Assembly (NCBI GenBank): GCA_963813715.1
Contig: CAWFAK010000012.1
Location: 224,001-288,000 of the forward strand
Direction of reading: 5' to 3'
Length of the DNA stretch: 64,000 bases
Source: an uncultured Planctomycetaceae bacterium
GTDB taxonomy: Bacteria; Planctomycetota; Planctomycetia; Planctomycetales; Planctomycetaceae
Each line of letters starts with the position of its first letter. The first letter of the stretch is position 1. Under the pieces are notes generated by a model, which ran no database searches, was not told the DNA's origin, and was given only the letters and a program-made list of their open reading frames with translations. The position numbers and the translations under genes were made by a program. Positions 52,115 through 62,817 of the stretch are shown here, in pieces.

Positions 52115-55100
52115 GGCGGCCGGGAGCGCGGCGTCGGCTCTGGGCCGTGCGAATTGCGGTCGCGGGACTTGCGGCTGTCTTATTCGCGGCCGCTGTCCTG
52201 ACGAGCGCGGCCCTCGCAGCTGAGACGCCGTCCCCCGCGAAAGACGCCCCTCCCAAATCGCTCGACCCGCGGCTCAAGATCGAGCTGTTCGCCGAGCAGC
52301 CGCAGATCGTCACGCCGACCGACCTGGCCGTCGACTATCAGGGCCGCGTCTGGGCGATCGAGTGCAACACGCACTTCCGGCCGGCCGGCTACAAAGGCCA
52401 TCCCACCGACCGCATTCTGGTCTTCACGCCAAAGCCCGAGGGCGGCCGGGCCGGCACACCGCAGGTCTTTGCCGACGGCTTCACGCACGCGATGAGCATC
52501 GCCGTGCCCTACAAGGACGGCGTGTACGTCGCCACGCGGCGTGAAGTTTTCCATCTCGTCGACAAGGACGGCGACGGCAAGCCCGACGAACGCCGCTCGA
52601 TTTTGAAGCTGGAAACGAAGGGCGACTACCCGCACAACGGCCTGGCCGGCTTCGCCTCCGACGGCCTGGGCTACATGTACATCGGCCTGGGCGAAAACCT
52701 CGGGGCCGACTATCGGCTGGTCGGCACCGACGGCCGCGCGATTTCCGGCGGCGGCGAAGGAGGCAGCCTGTTCCGCTTCAAGCCGGATGGCACCGACCTC
52801 ACGCTCTGGGCGACCGGATTCTGGAATCCGCACGCCTCGTGCGTCGACGCCTTCGGCAACATGTTCACCGTCGACAACGACCCGGACGATCGCCCGCCCT
52901 GCCGCTTGCTGCACATCATTCCCGGCGGCGACTACGGCTACCGCTTCCGCAACGGCCGCCGCGGCATTCACCCCTTCACGGCCTGGGACGGCGAGCTGCC
53001 CGGCACGCTGCCGATGGTGTGCGGCACGGGCGAGGCTCCGTCGGGAATCATCGCTTACGAGTCCGACGCCTTCCCCGAGGAATATCGGGGCAGCCTGCTT
53101 GGCCTCGTCGTGGGGCGATCATCGGATCGATCGCTTCCGTCCCAAGCGCCAAGGGAACGTCATTCACGGCGAAGCTGAAGCCGATCATCGTCGGCGGCGA
53201 AAACTTTCGGCCAGTGGGAGTGGCCTCGGCCCCGGACGGCACGCGTCTACATCACCGATTGGGTGCTCAAGGATTACAACGTCCACGGCAAGGGCCGGAT
53301 TTGGCGAATCGCTGCCGAAGGAGCCGCAACAATAGACCCGTCGAGGATCTGGCGGCGCTGGACAAGCTTGCCTCTCGAGTCAGCTGCGGAAGAAACTCGA
53401 ATCGCCCCGAATGGACGTGCGTCGGCGGGCTGCGACGCTGCTGCTCAACCGCGAGCGACCTCTAGCCTGATGAACGGTTCAATGCAAAGACGCGTCTGTC
53501 CGCCAGCCACGCTCACTTCGAGGCCGTTTGGGCTCTCGGTCGCGTAGCAATGGCGAGCCGGTATTGCCGCATCGTTCGAGCCTCGAAAATCCGGAACTGA
53601 GCGTCTCTGGCCGACGAGCCTGCCGTCTCTAGCCTGCAAGAACTCTCAAGCTGGGGGCTCTATGGCCCGATGTACGACGCTCTGCGAATGACCGCGCCTC
53701 CGACGAGGCACGAGCTGTTCCGCGGCTCAACAGCCATGGTGGGATCAATCCCGTCGCGTGTGCTCATCGAACCTCGCTCGCCGGCGCCCGCCGCTTGCTG
53801 CGGACCTCGATCCGGACGGGCTCCCGAAGGTAGTCGCAACGGGCGATCGCTTCGTGTTCGCTGCCGTCGTCCAAGGCCCTCACCGACACGCTGAGGCCGC
53901 AGCGATGCTGCGCCGGCAGACTTCGTCTCGACGAATCACCGTCCGCGCCTGGTGCGGCTCGCGCTGCTTTTGGCGGCGCGGCAAAGCAACGGGCAGGCAT
54001 TGGGCCGAAAGGGTGTTGCCCATCGCGTTCGAGATCCCGATCCGCGCGTCCGGTTCGCCGCCATTCAATGGGTGGGCGAGGGCAGGCTCGCACAGTTTCG
54101 CAGCGAGATCGAGCGGCAACTCTCCGACTCGAAGACCACGGCCGACCTCTTTGAGGCCTCGCTGGCCTCGCTCGAAATGCTCGACGGCGTGAAGCGGAAG
54201 CCGGGGAACGAATTCTCGGGGGCCGATTACGCACTTCGCCTGGCGTGCGATGCGAAAGTCGCCGACAACGTCCGGGCGATGGCGCTCAAGATCGTGCCGC
54301 TCGATCACAAGAAGCTTTCGTTCGAGCAGCTCACGAGCCTGATGAAAGACGGCGGGCCGCAGTTGCGGTTCGAGGCGCTGCGGACGTTCCGCAATCTGCC
54401 CTTCCCGCAAGGCCCCAAAATCGAACGGGAGCTGGCGCTCGACGAGCACGCGGACAAAGCTCTGCGGCTCGAGGCGATTGCTGGTCTCGCCATCGCGCTC
54501 GAGCGTGACGAGCACGATGCCGCCACCATCGCCGCGCTCCGCCGGCTGTTGACCGGAGCCGACCCTGATCTCGCGGGCGAAGCCTTGCGAGCGCTGCGCC
54601 GCTCGGCTCGCAACCCCGACGTGCGCGCCGACCTCAAGGGCTTGTCGTCCCGCCTCGAAGCGCATCCGGCGCAGGGTGCAACGCACACGGTGGCTGACCA
54701 GGTCGCGGTGGCGCTGCGGTCCTCCGATCTGCTCGTGCCGAAAGAGCTCGCGGCGCTGACGACGCCGCGGCCGAATTCGGTCGACGACTGGATTCAGGTC
54801 GCGGCGGACGGCGGCGATCCCGAGGCGGGGCGGCGGCTGTTCGATTTCCCCAATTCGGTCGCCTGCTACCGCTGTCACACGGTGCACGGTCGCGGCGGCA
54901 AGATCGGGCCCGATCTCTCGATCATCGCCCGCGCTTCGGATCGCAAAAAACTGGCGGAGTCGATTCTGCGGCCGGCCAAGGAGATCGCGCCGCAATATGC
55001 CACCTGGTCGTTCGTCATGCACGACGGAAAAACACTTTCCGGCGTCCTCGTCTCCGAAGATCGCGAGGGGCACGTCCGCATCGGCAGCGCCGACGGGCAC

Positions 55101-55235
55101 ATCACCGAAGTCCAGGCGTCCGACATCGAAGAGCGTGTGGGGCAGAAAACGTCGATCATGCCTGAGCGACTGACCGACCTGCTGACCGTCGGCGAGTTCC
55201 GCGATCTGATTGCCTTCCTCGCGACTCTGAAATAA
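52111..55235 (+). CDS. PVC-type membrane-bound dehydrogenase-like / HEAT-repeat / cytochrome c (CxxCH) protein; multiple frameshifts 53100-53950
   Basis: 'IELFAEQP..VTP', 'G.WNP....D..G..F..DND', HEAT repeats, 'GD..AG..LF....CYRCH...G.GG.IGPDLS', 'S.MP..L...L...E..DL.AFL'. Confidence 0.88.
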
Positions 55236-55532
55236 TCGTAAGCTCGCTGTCTTTTTGTGCCTTCGCGTCTTTGCGGCCGCCCGCGCCCACCGCCTGACAG
55301 AACGCGCGTTCAGACATTGGCCAGCGGCTCGGTGCGGGCGGAATTTCCCCCCCATTCGGAACCGCTTGCCTGAGATCTTGGGCGAAATCTCGCGTCCGAT
55401 TTCCAAACGAGCACTATCGTTGTAGCGATGTCGCGTCGCAACGCGATGGGGCAGCCGTGCGGGAGCGTCCCGACGGCCCGCACCGGAAGTCCGCCGACGG
55501 GCCTTCGGGTTCGATTGAGCGCAGAGTAGACG

Positions 55533-56006
55533 ATGTTTGGATTTCTGTTTCATAAACGGCGCGACGAGGTCATGCGGGTGCTGCATGGCCGCGTGAACCG
55601 TGCGCACGCACGGGCCATCGCGGTGCAGAATATCCGCGGCGCGACCCGGCAGATCTTCAACGAGGTCGTCTGGGCCCTGCCCTGCGAATCGCCCGATAAG
55701 GCCGATTTCTCGCAGCTGTTCCCCGCCATCTGCCGCGACTTGTGCACGCAGGGAATCGGCATCTTTGTCACCACGCCGGTGACCGAGCCGCACATGATCA
55801 TCGGCCTGCGGGACGAATCGGAGCCGCGCTTCCTGTCCTGCACGGTGAAGCACATTTCGTCGCTGGGGTACGGCTTTTATCACGTCGGCCTCTTTCCCGA
55901 CGAAGTGATGAGCCTCAGCCGCGAGCAGATCAAGGCGATGTGCCAGGCGCTGGAGCGTTACACGGACGAGGAAGCCTGCTGCCAGGTTCCCGCCGCCGCG
56001 ACGTAA
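55533..56006 (+). CDS. Hypothetical protein, possibly PilZ-like
   Basis: 'R..TR' and 'RDL.TQGIG' resemble PilZ RxxxR / DxSxxG motifs; 'V.H...LG.GFY.VG..'. Confidence 0.55.
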   Translation: MFGFLFHKRRDEVMRVLHGRVNRAHARAIAVQNIRGATRQIFNEVVWALPCESPDKADFSQLFPAICRDLCTQGIGIFVTTPVTEPHMIIGLRDESEPRFLSCTVKHISSLGYGFYHVGLFPDEVMSLSREQIKAMCQALERYTDEEACCQVPAAAT

Positions 56007-56256
56007 GCGGACGCGCTGAGTACACCGCTGACGCGCGAGCCACTCTCACAGTGCCTCGGGGCGATACTGTCCGGTAATCCAAAGTGTGTACTTCTCTTCG
56101 ATCGCTTCGAATTTCCGGGACGCTCACACCGCCCCGGCGCGAGCGGACCGCGCGATGACTGATCGCACAACGCAGCGCAAACGAGGCGCGGCGAGAGATG
56201 CGAAGTAGCAGACGCTCAGGAAGAGGCGAGAGAGAACTGGGGGCCGCTGGCCGGTC

Positions 56257-56607
56257 CTACTTCTTCTCGTTCTCGGCCTTCTTCAACCCGGGCACTTTGA
56301 TCGCCGTCACGATCACCGACGTGTAGTGCTGGCGGTGGCCGGTGTGGCGCCGCGAATTCTTGCGCTTGCGGAACTTGCCGATCTCAAGCTTGGGCCCGTT
56401 GACCTTCGGTCGCACGACGGTCGCTTCGACGAGCGCGCCCGAGATGGCCGGGGTGCCGATCGAGCTGGGGCCGCCGCCGTTGGCCAAAAGCACCTGCTCG
56501 AACTTGATCGCGGCGCCGGCTTCGACCCCTTCGCGATAGTCGATCAGGAAAGTTTCCCCTTCCTGGATACGGAACTGACGGCCGCTTTCGGCAATGACTG
56601 CAAACAT
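56257..56607 (-). CDS. rplU: 50S ribosomal protein L21
   Basis: 'MFAVI...GRQF....G', 'IG.P...GA.V.A.V', 'KFRKRKNSRR.TGHRQ.YT'. Confidence 0.96.
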   Translation of the reverse strand: MFAVIAESGRQFRIQEGETFLIDYREGVEAGAAIKFEQVLLANGGGPSSIGTPAISGALVEATVVRPKVNGPKLEIGKFRKRKNSRRHTGHRQHYTSVIVTAIKVPGLKKAENEKK

Positions 56608-56863
56608 GGCTTTTCGATCGTTTCTGGTCGTCCGGAGAAAGTCGTCCGGCAGGGTCGTCCAGGAGGGAGAGATCCGGCAACGCTGGGCCGGCTCAACCGT
56701 CCTTACAGGGAGTCCCACATTGTAGCGGCTTCCCCGCGAGCTTCAATGCGACCCGACGGGGGGCGACGGGGCGCCGCCGGAGGTTCGGAGAGCCGACCGT
56801 CACAGCCTTATTATCACAGTTTCCCAGGGAGGCGGCGACGGAGCCGGGGCTCCGCAATCCGAC

Positions 56864-56909
56864 AAAAAAGAACGGGTTCGCTCGCCAGAAGTCTGCGAGC
56901 GAACCCGTT
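56864..56909 (-). terminator. Rho-independent terminator
   Basis: 15-bp perfect stem AACGGGTTCGCTCGC/GCGAGCGAACCCGTT followed by a U-run on the minus strand. Confidence 0.85.
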
Positions 56910-56962
56910 ATCGTTCCAGAACCAAGCGTCTGCACGGGGGCAGACACCGGGTCGCGACGGCA

Positions 56963-57427
56963 TTAGGCCTTCGGCTTCGGAGCCGGCTCTTCCGGGGGAG
57001 GAGCAGGAGCAGCCTGGACCGGGGCGTGTGACGGAGCCATGACGCCAGGAGCACCGCAAGACGGCGCGGCCGGAACCGCACAGCTCGGAGCATAGGAGGC
57101 ACCACAGCAGGTCGCAGCCGGAGCCGCACAGGTCGGCGCACAGCTGCTGCAGGCCATCGGGGCCGGAGCACCGCAGCTCGCCATCACCGGCGCACCGCAA
57201 CCGCCGCAGCCACCGCTGTAGCCGCAACCGCAGCCGTGGTGGTGCACGTGGCAGTGGTGGGCGTGGTGGTGGCAGCCACAGCCGCCGCCGCAACCGCCGT
57301 AGCTGGCGCCGCAGCCGCCGCCGCAGCCACCGTCGAACGAGAACAGGCTAGCAGACGCCGGGCTTGGTCCAGCGACCAAGAGCGCCGCTCCGGCCACGAT
57401 GGCCAGAAGCAAAGTCTTGCGAAGCAT
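56963..57427 (-). CDS. Secreted Cys/Gly/His-rich small protein
   Basis: GAGGAG RBS, signal peptide ending ASA, 18 Cys, HHHAHHCHVHHH tract, Pro/Ala tail, own terminator. Confidence 0.8.
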   Translation of the reverse strand: MLRKTLLLAIVAGAALLVAGPSPASASLFSFDGGCGGGCGASYGGCGGGCGCHHHAHHCHVHHHGCGCGYSGGCGGCGAPVMASCGAPAPMACSSCAPTCAAPAATCCGASYAPSCAVPAAPSCGAPGVMAPSHAPVQAAPAPPPEEPAPKPKA

Positions 57428-57912
57428 CAGCGATCTCCTCATCTTTTGAAGTTTTGAGACGCGTAAACTCGGTGGAACATCTTCTGCCCCAGGAAGCCCG
57501 ACGACTTGTGCCGCCGTGTTCCGGGCGTCTATCAAAAAGTCCGGCTCGGAACCGCAAATCGCGCGCCCGGCAATCGGCGTAATCTGCGATATCTATGCCG
57601 ATGGAGCGCTGTGAAAATGCGGAGTCTGTAAAAGCTTTGCCGACGACCGCATTCAAAATAACAATGCCCATCCGCTTGTCAAACCATAAAGACCCAAAAA
57701 TCCGAGGGTTTTCGCGCCTCGGTCAACTGCCAGCCAGATTGCCTATTTTAAACCCAGGCGACTTGTTTTGAGACCAAGCGGGCCCTCTCTTGCCCAGTTT
57801 GCAGGACTACGACTAAATGGAGAAACGATCGTCGCTCGCCGCGAGTGACCATGCGCCGCTCCCCGCGGCGATCATTCACTAACCAAGTTGGTCTTTCGAC
57901 AGCGACTTTCTG

Positions 57913-58838
57913 ATGCCCCTTGAGCCTGCTCTCCCTTCCTTCGCTCCGCTGGCATGGAGGTTCCGCGAGCAGACTTGGCAACTTGGGGGGTTTCCCAAGT
58001 TAATGGGCATTGTGAACGTCACGCCCGACAGCTTTTCGGACGGCGGCCAATTTCTCGACCCGGCCCGGGCCGTTTTCCAGTCATTGCAGCTCGTCGCCGA
58101 CGGCGCCGACCTATTGGACATCGGCGGCGAGTCGACCCGCCCCGGCGCGACGCCCGTGTCGGCCGACGAAGAAATCCGCCGCGTCGTCCCCGTCATTGCG
58201 GAGGTCGCACGGCGCAGCGCCGGTCCCTATTTCGATCGACACCACCAAGGCGGACGTCGCCCGGCGGGCGCTCGACGCCGGGGCCGCGATCGTCAACGAC
58301 ATCTCCGGGACTACGATTCGACCCGGAAATGGCACCGGTCTGCGCCGCCGCGCGGGCGGGCGTCGTCTGCATGCACATGCAGGGGACGCCGCAAACCATG
58401 CAGGACGACCCGCGCTACGCGGACGTCGTGGGCGAGATTTCCGATTATTTGGCCCAGCGTCTGGCCGCCTTGGCGGAGCGCGGAATCGAGCGGGAGCGAG
58501 TGGTGCTCGATCCGGGCATCGGCTTCGGCAAGACCCCCGCGCACAACTTGGCGATCCTCGAGCAGATCAGCCGTTTTCGCGCGCTGGGTCGCCCGATCTT
58601 AATCGGCCATTCGCGGAAGCGGTTTCTCTCGAAGATCGTCGGCCGCAAGCTCGACGAAGTCTCCGCCGCGACGATTGGCGTGGCCGTGGCGTCGGCCCTG
58701 AACGGCGCCGACTTGCTCCGCGTTCACGATGTGCGGGCCACGCGCGACGCGCTGACCGCCTGCTGGACGGTGCTCGGCCGCCCGCTCCCGGCAAGTGCGA
58801 CCGCCGTCCCGGAAGCTCCGTCGGCGCCGTCGCCCTAA
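57913..58838 (+). CDS. folP: Dihydropteroate synthase; frameshifts near 58220 and 58310
   Basis: 'MGIVNVTPDSFSDGG', 'DIGGESTRPGA', 'ISIDT.K', 'MHMQG.P.TMQ', 'DPGIGFGK', 'G.SRKRF', 'RVHDV'. Confidence 0.95.
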
Positions 58839-58899
58839 CAACCGCCGACACCCGCGCCGACGCGAACGACCTGAGATCGCGTCAGGAGCGTCCGGAACT

Positions 58900-60564
58900 T
58901 CAATTGGCGACGCAGGCCGCCGTGCCGTGCCGCGGCAGGACGGTGATCGGCCGCCGCATGATTTCTTCGTCGGCGATCTTGAGCACGAGCGAGTACTTGC
59001 CCGGCGCGATGCAGTCGCCCAGGCTGTAATAGAAGAGAGCCCGCAGCATTTCGCAGGAGAGGAACAGGCCGTTGGTCTCGACCACGCGGTTCTCCGAGTC
59101 GTGCAGGTTGCACTGAATCCACATGTTTTCGTGCGGCGGAATCAGTCCGCACTGCGCCCGTACGGTTTCTCCCTGGCGGAACGTGGTGCGGCGATCGAGC
59201 AGGCAGCCGCCGACGAAGACCGAGCCGATGTCGAAGTTCAGCACCTTGTCCTCATTCGCGATGCGGCGATCGGGCGCCAGGAGCTGGGCGGCCTCCTCCA
59301 TCGGGAGTTCTGGGAGCTGGTAGGGACCTTCGGGGCGATGCAGGCCGAAGCGATCGAGCTTGTACTCCAGCGCCACGCCGCTCACGCCCGTGGTGACCAG
59401 CGCAGCGGCGAAAATGCCTCGGCTCCAAGCCGGGTTCACTGTCGGCAGGGCTTCGCCGAAAGAGGCGGCCAGACCGCGCAGCGATGGCCCCAATCGGTTG
59501 GCAATCCAGTCCCGCAAGTCGGTCGCCTTACGGCCGAACCACTCGATCTGCCCGTCGGTGGCAAAGGCCGGGTAAGCCGACACGCAGATCATCGGGAAGA
59601 TGAACAGGCCGAGAGTCAGACAGGTCATCAGGTGGAAGAACGCCCCCAGCGCCAGCACGAAGCTGCGGAGCATCGGCTTCCAGACGATAAACAGGAACAG
59701 CAGCTCCCAGATCACCGTGAAGTAAGCGCCCACGACCAGCATCGCCGGGTGCAGCGCCAGCGAACCGCCAAGAAAATTCGGCGTGTGGATCGTGGAGAGC
59801 ATCCAGGTTTGCAGGTGCTCGCCAGTAAAGTAGCCGCGGACCTGAAGCTTGGTGACCGCCGCGCTAAAGTAGACCGTCGCCAGCACGAGCTGGATCAGCC
59901 GGCGGGGCCAGCGGGCGCCCAGGGGCGGAGCGGGCAGCTGATCGGGCGACACTCCCTGGCGGAGCAGCCGTCGCCGCGCGAGCCAGCTATCGATCGACCA
60001 GACCGACCCGCACTGCGTGAAGCAAAGCAAGATCAGAAAGTGGGAGGCAATGGCCGACGACTTGTTCAACGTCGAGAGGATGTCGAGCATGTTCAGGTAC
60101 GTGTAACCTGTCGCGGCCAGCACCAGCGACAGCCGCGTGCACCAGCCCAAGCACGTCGTGACGAGGGCCAGAATGACCACGCTGTGAATGGCGACGGCGG
60201 CCGTCCCGTTGGGCTCGAGCCACGGGCACGGATAGCCGTAGATGCTCCAGAGCGAGATGCCCGAGCCGTCGGTCGAAAAAATCTCGCGCGAATAGTACCA
60301 GCGGTAGGCGGTGGGAAAGAGGATTGCGAACGCCAGGCAGATGCGGACGAGCGCCAGGCGATAAGGCGTCTCGGTGCCGTGAAAGAAATCGCGAACCGCG
60401 GCGACAAACCCGGAACTGCTCGCGGTCGCGCCGTCCGCGACCGAGCGGTCAACAGTCGCATTGCGCATTGTCGAGCAGTCGACCGCGCTCGCGTCAGTCG
60501 GCTCGGCGAATTCTGCGACGGATGCCAGGGGAGCGGTTGGGATGGCGGTCATCGGTGGCTCCAC
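58900..60564 (-). CDS. HTTM-domain (vitamin K-dependent carboxylase / SdpB-like) membrane protein
   Basis: 'LAL.RI', 'LG..TR', 'WSID', 'WPRRLIQ.....VYF.AA.TKL', 'FH....L.LGL..FP'. Confidence 0.85.
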   Translation of the reverse strand: MEPPMTAIPTAPLASVAEFAEPTDASAVDCSTMRNATVDRSVADGATASSSGFVAAVRDFFHGTETPYRLALVRICLAFAILFPTAYRWYYSREIFSTDGSGISLWSIYGYPCPWLEPNGTAAVAIHSVVILALVTTCLGWCTRLSLVLAATGYTYLNMLDILSTLNKSSAIASHFLILLCFTQCGSVWSIDSWLARRRLLRQGVSPDQLPAPPLGARWPRRLIQLVLATVYFSAAVTKLQVRGYFTGEHLQTWMLSTIHTPNFLGGSLALHPAMLVVGAYFTVIWELLFLFIVWKPMLRSFVLALGAFFHLMTCLTLGLFIFPMICVSAYPAFATDGQIEWFGRKATDLRDWIANRLGPSLRGLAASFGEALPTVNPAWSRGIFAAALVTTGVSGVALEYKLDRFGLHRPEGPYQLPELPMEEAAQLLAPDRRIANEDKVLNFDIGSVFVGGCLLDRRTTFRQGETVRAQCGLIPPHENMWIQCNLHDSENRVVETNGLFLSCEMLRALFYYSLGDCIAPGKYSLVLKIADEEIMRRPITVLPRHGTAACVAN

Positions 60565-60656
60565 AGTCCAAAAACGTCAAAGGCTTGAGTGTCGAGCGAT
60601 AGAGCGCGGTGCTTGGGGCGATCGAACGAATGCGAGAACACTGTTCTGAACTGCTG

Positions 60657-61325
60657 TTATTCGGCGACGGGCGTGCCGACGCGTTGGAAGCTTGCCGCTG
60701 AGTAACCGTCGCCGCCATAGCCGCCCGCTCCGGGCCGTTGCACGGCCGACCAGACGAAGGGCCGGTTTTGAGTGGCGTCCTGGACCAATCGCGGGTTGTC
60801 GATGATCGACAAGTTTGCCTGGTACTGCAGCCAGGTCGGCGCCGCGGTGAGGATTTGCCCCCCGTCGGCGCTGAGGATCATGCGAGTGTGGGAGTAGATG
60901 CGGTCCGGCTTCGGTTTCAGGTAATAGGCCTCGTACTGGGCGTCGGGCAGGTTGAATTTCTTCGGGTACTCCTGCTCGATGGCGAAGATCCGCAGGATCG
61001 GCTCGTGCTGCGTGTGAATCAGGCCGGGCCGCGCCAGGAGGCGGCCGTACTCGAACATCTGGTCGTAGCATTGCCGTGAGAGGCGATCGCTATACGGATG
61101 AAATTCGCCCCACGGTCCGGGCGAAAGCTTGTAGTACCGGCCGCTCTCCCCTTCGCCGATCACCTGCATCTTGCAGTCGTAGCCCGACCAGCCGCCGTAC
61201 ATGTCGAACGTCAAGAAGTAGAGCGGCGGAAAGAAGAAGCGGACCTGCGTGGCGACGCACAAAAAGCCGACCGCCAGGGCGGCCAGATAGCCGCCGATGC
61301 CCGCATTGACGATCCATCGCTTCAT
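60657..61325 (-). CDS. Hypothetical partner of the HTTM protein (single N-terminal TM)
   Basis: GAGG RBS, N-terminal hydrophobic segment then 'YFLTFDMY.GW'; co-oriented directly upstream of the HTTM gene. Confidence 0.75.
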   Translation of the reverse strand: MKRWIVNAGIGGYLAALAVGFLCVATQVRFFFPPLYFLTFDMYGGWSGYDCKMQVIGEGESGRYYKLSPGPWGEFHPYSDRLSRQCYDQMFEYGRLLARPGLIHTQHEPILRIFAIEQEYPKKFNLPDAQYEAYYLKPKPDRIYSHTRMILSADGGQILTAAPTWLQYQANLSIIDNPRLVQDATQNRPFVWSAVQRPGAGGYGGDGYSAASFQRVGTPVAE

Positions 61326-61576
61326 GGGACGATCCTCCCTCGGCATGCACGAGGGCCCGAGTTGCGGCCGTAGAAGATGATCTGGAGCGCGTTTTAAACC
61401 GAGCCTGTGCTCGGCGATTGGGACGTGAGGAGCCGCATTTTGTCTTTGCGGCGGATCTGGTCAAGATCAATCGCGCGCGAAGCGTGCCGGGCCGTGCGCA
61501 CAGGGCGAGACGTCGGGAAAGTCGCTGCGATCGAGGACCGCTCGCTCCAGAATTCCCGCTCGGATCCCTCGCTCAC

Positions 61577-62559
61577 CAACTTTTTTCATCTCGTGACGTA
61601 AGTCGTTTTTTGGCATCGCCGTCGCAAGGCGGTAAAGATGAGCTTGCCTTGCACCCAGCGGTGGACGCGTCGGTGGCCGCGAACCCAAGCGGGCAGTGCC
61701 TGCAATCCGGCACTCCAAGTGCTCAAGTATCCGAAGTAGCGTTCGATCGCGTTACGTTCTTGATGGAGGGCACGGCCGAACGAGCTTTGCGGATTCGAGA
61801 GCAGTTCAAGAGATCGCAGCCGAGCGGGACTCTGACGCCGATGGCCACGGCGACGGCCAAATCCGTAACGCGGAGGTGCCACCAGTTGCACGCCGCGTTC
61901 GAGGCAGACGTCGTGTAACTGGTTCGAGTCGAAATTTGCATCGGCGAGCAAGTACCCTTGCACAGCCGCTTACTTCAACATCCGCCGCCCCATCGCCCGC
62001 TCATCCTTTTGCATGGGAGCCACGCGCCAGGCAGCGATCGAGCCATCGCTGCCGACCACCGCGTGTAGCTTGTACCCTTTGGCTTTGCAGCCCGCGGCGC
62101 GGCCGTACCCAGCTTGCCGGTCTTTCGAGCAACCGCCGATCGGCAGAGGCTTGCCATCGATCATCCAATACAGGGGCTTGTTCCCACGAGGAGCCAGTTC
62201 AGAACGTTCGATCTCTTGCAGCATTTGCTGGACCTCGGCACTCCGCAGTCGTCTCGACATGGTGCTCGACGATGGCAATTTGCGGCGACGCTCATGCAGC
62301 GGCCAGTTCCGAAGATCGCACGCCCAGGACACAGGCCGACCGTGCAGAACGGCCCACAGCCAAACCTGCACAATGTCGTCTGCCCCGTATCGTTCCCGCG
62401 TGCACCGACGAAGCTTGCTCGCCTGTTTGAGAAGGATCAAAATCGCCTTCCAGAGTTGGTGTTCCACATCCGTCTCCTTTCGTGTGGTTACGATTGAGAC
62501 TATGTGTAGCACCAACTTTTTATTGCGCAAGTCTTTATGACTCCTCGCGCAAAAAGCTG
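61577..62559 (-). mobile_element. 983-bp insertion sequence (DDE; IS5/IS982-like, family not resolved)
   Basis: Flanked by a TCAC direct repeat (61573-61576, 62560-62563); imperfect ends CAACTTTTT / CAGCTTTTT; contains a transposase gene. Confidence 0.88.
61586..62467 (-). pseudogene. DDE transposase with in-frame TAA at 61970-61972
   Basis: 'PSSSTMSRR', 'IDGKP', 'GYKLH', 'ADANFDS', 'R..IER.F'; both ORF pieces are in the same frame, separated by one stop; AAGGAG RBS before GTG. Confidence 0.85.
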
Positions 62560-62679
62560 TCACGCTTCGGGTTGGTAAATGCGACGGACGAACCCGAAGC
62601 GGTCAGCAAGGGCTCTTAGTCCGCAGCGAATTCGGTCGCAGGCGCAACGCGTGGCCGAGCCGAGCCGTCCTCAGCGCGC

Positions 62680-62717
62680 AAAAAAGCCGCCGTGGTACCC
62701 GCAATACCACGGCGGCT
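62680..62717 (-). terminator. Rho-independent terminator of the secretin gene
   Basis: 13-bp stem AGCCGCCGTGGTA/TACCACGGCGGCT plus U-run on the minus strand. Confidence 0.85.
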
Positions 62718-62817
62718 CAGGACCGAGAAACTGACCCGCACTCTGTAACGATCGACGAACCGATTGGCCGGCCAGCCGAGTCACCGGTCGCCCCGGAGAC
62801 TCGGCGGCCGTCCCGCA

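Noticed and set aside
61970..61972. Stop-codon readthrough or recoding in the transposase
   Set aside because: TAA terminates many other genes in this window; a nonsense mutation is simpler
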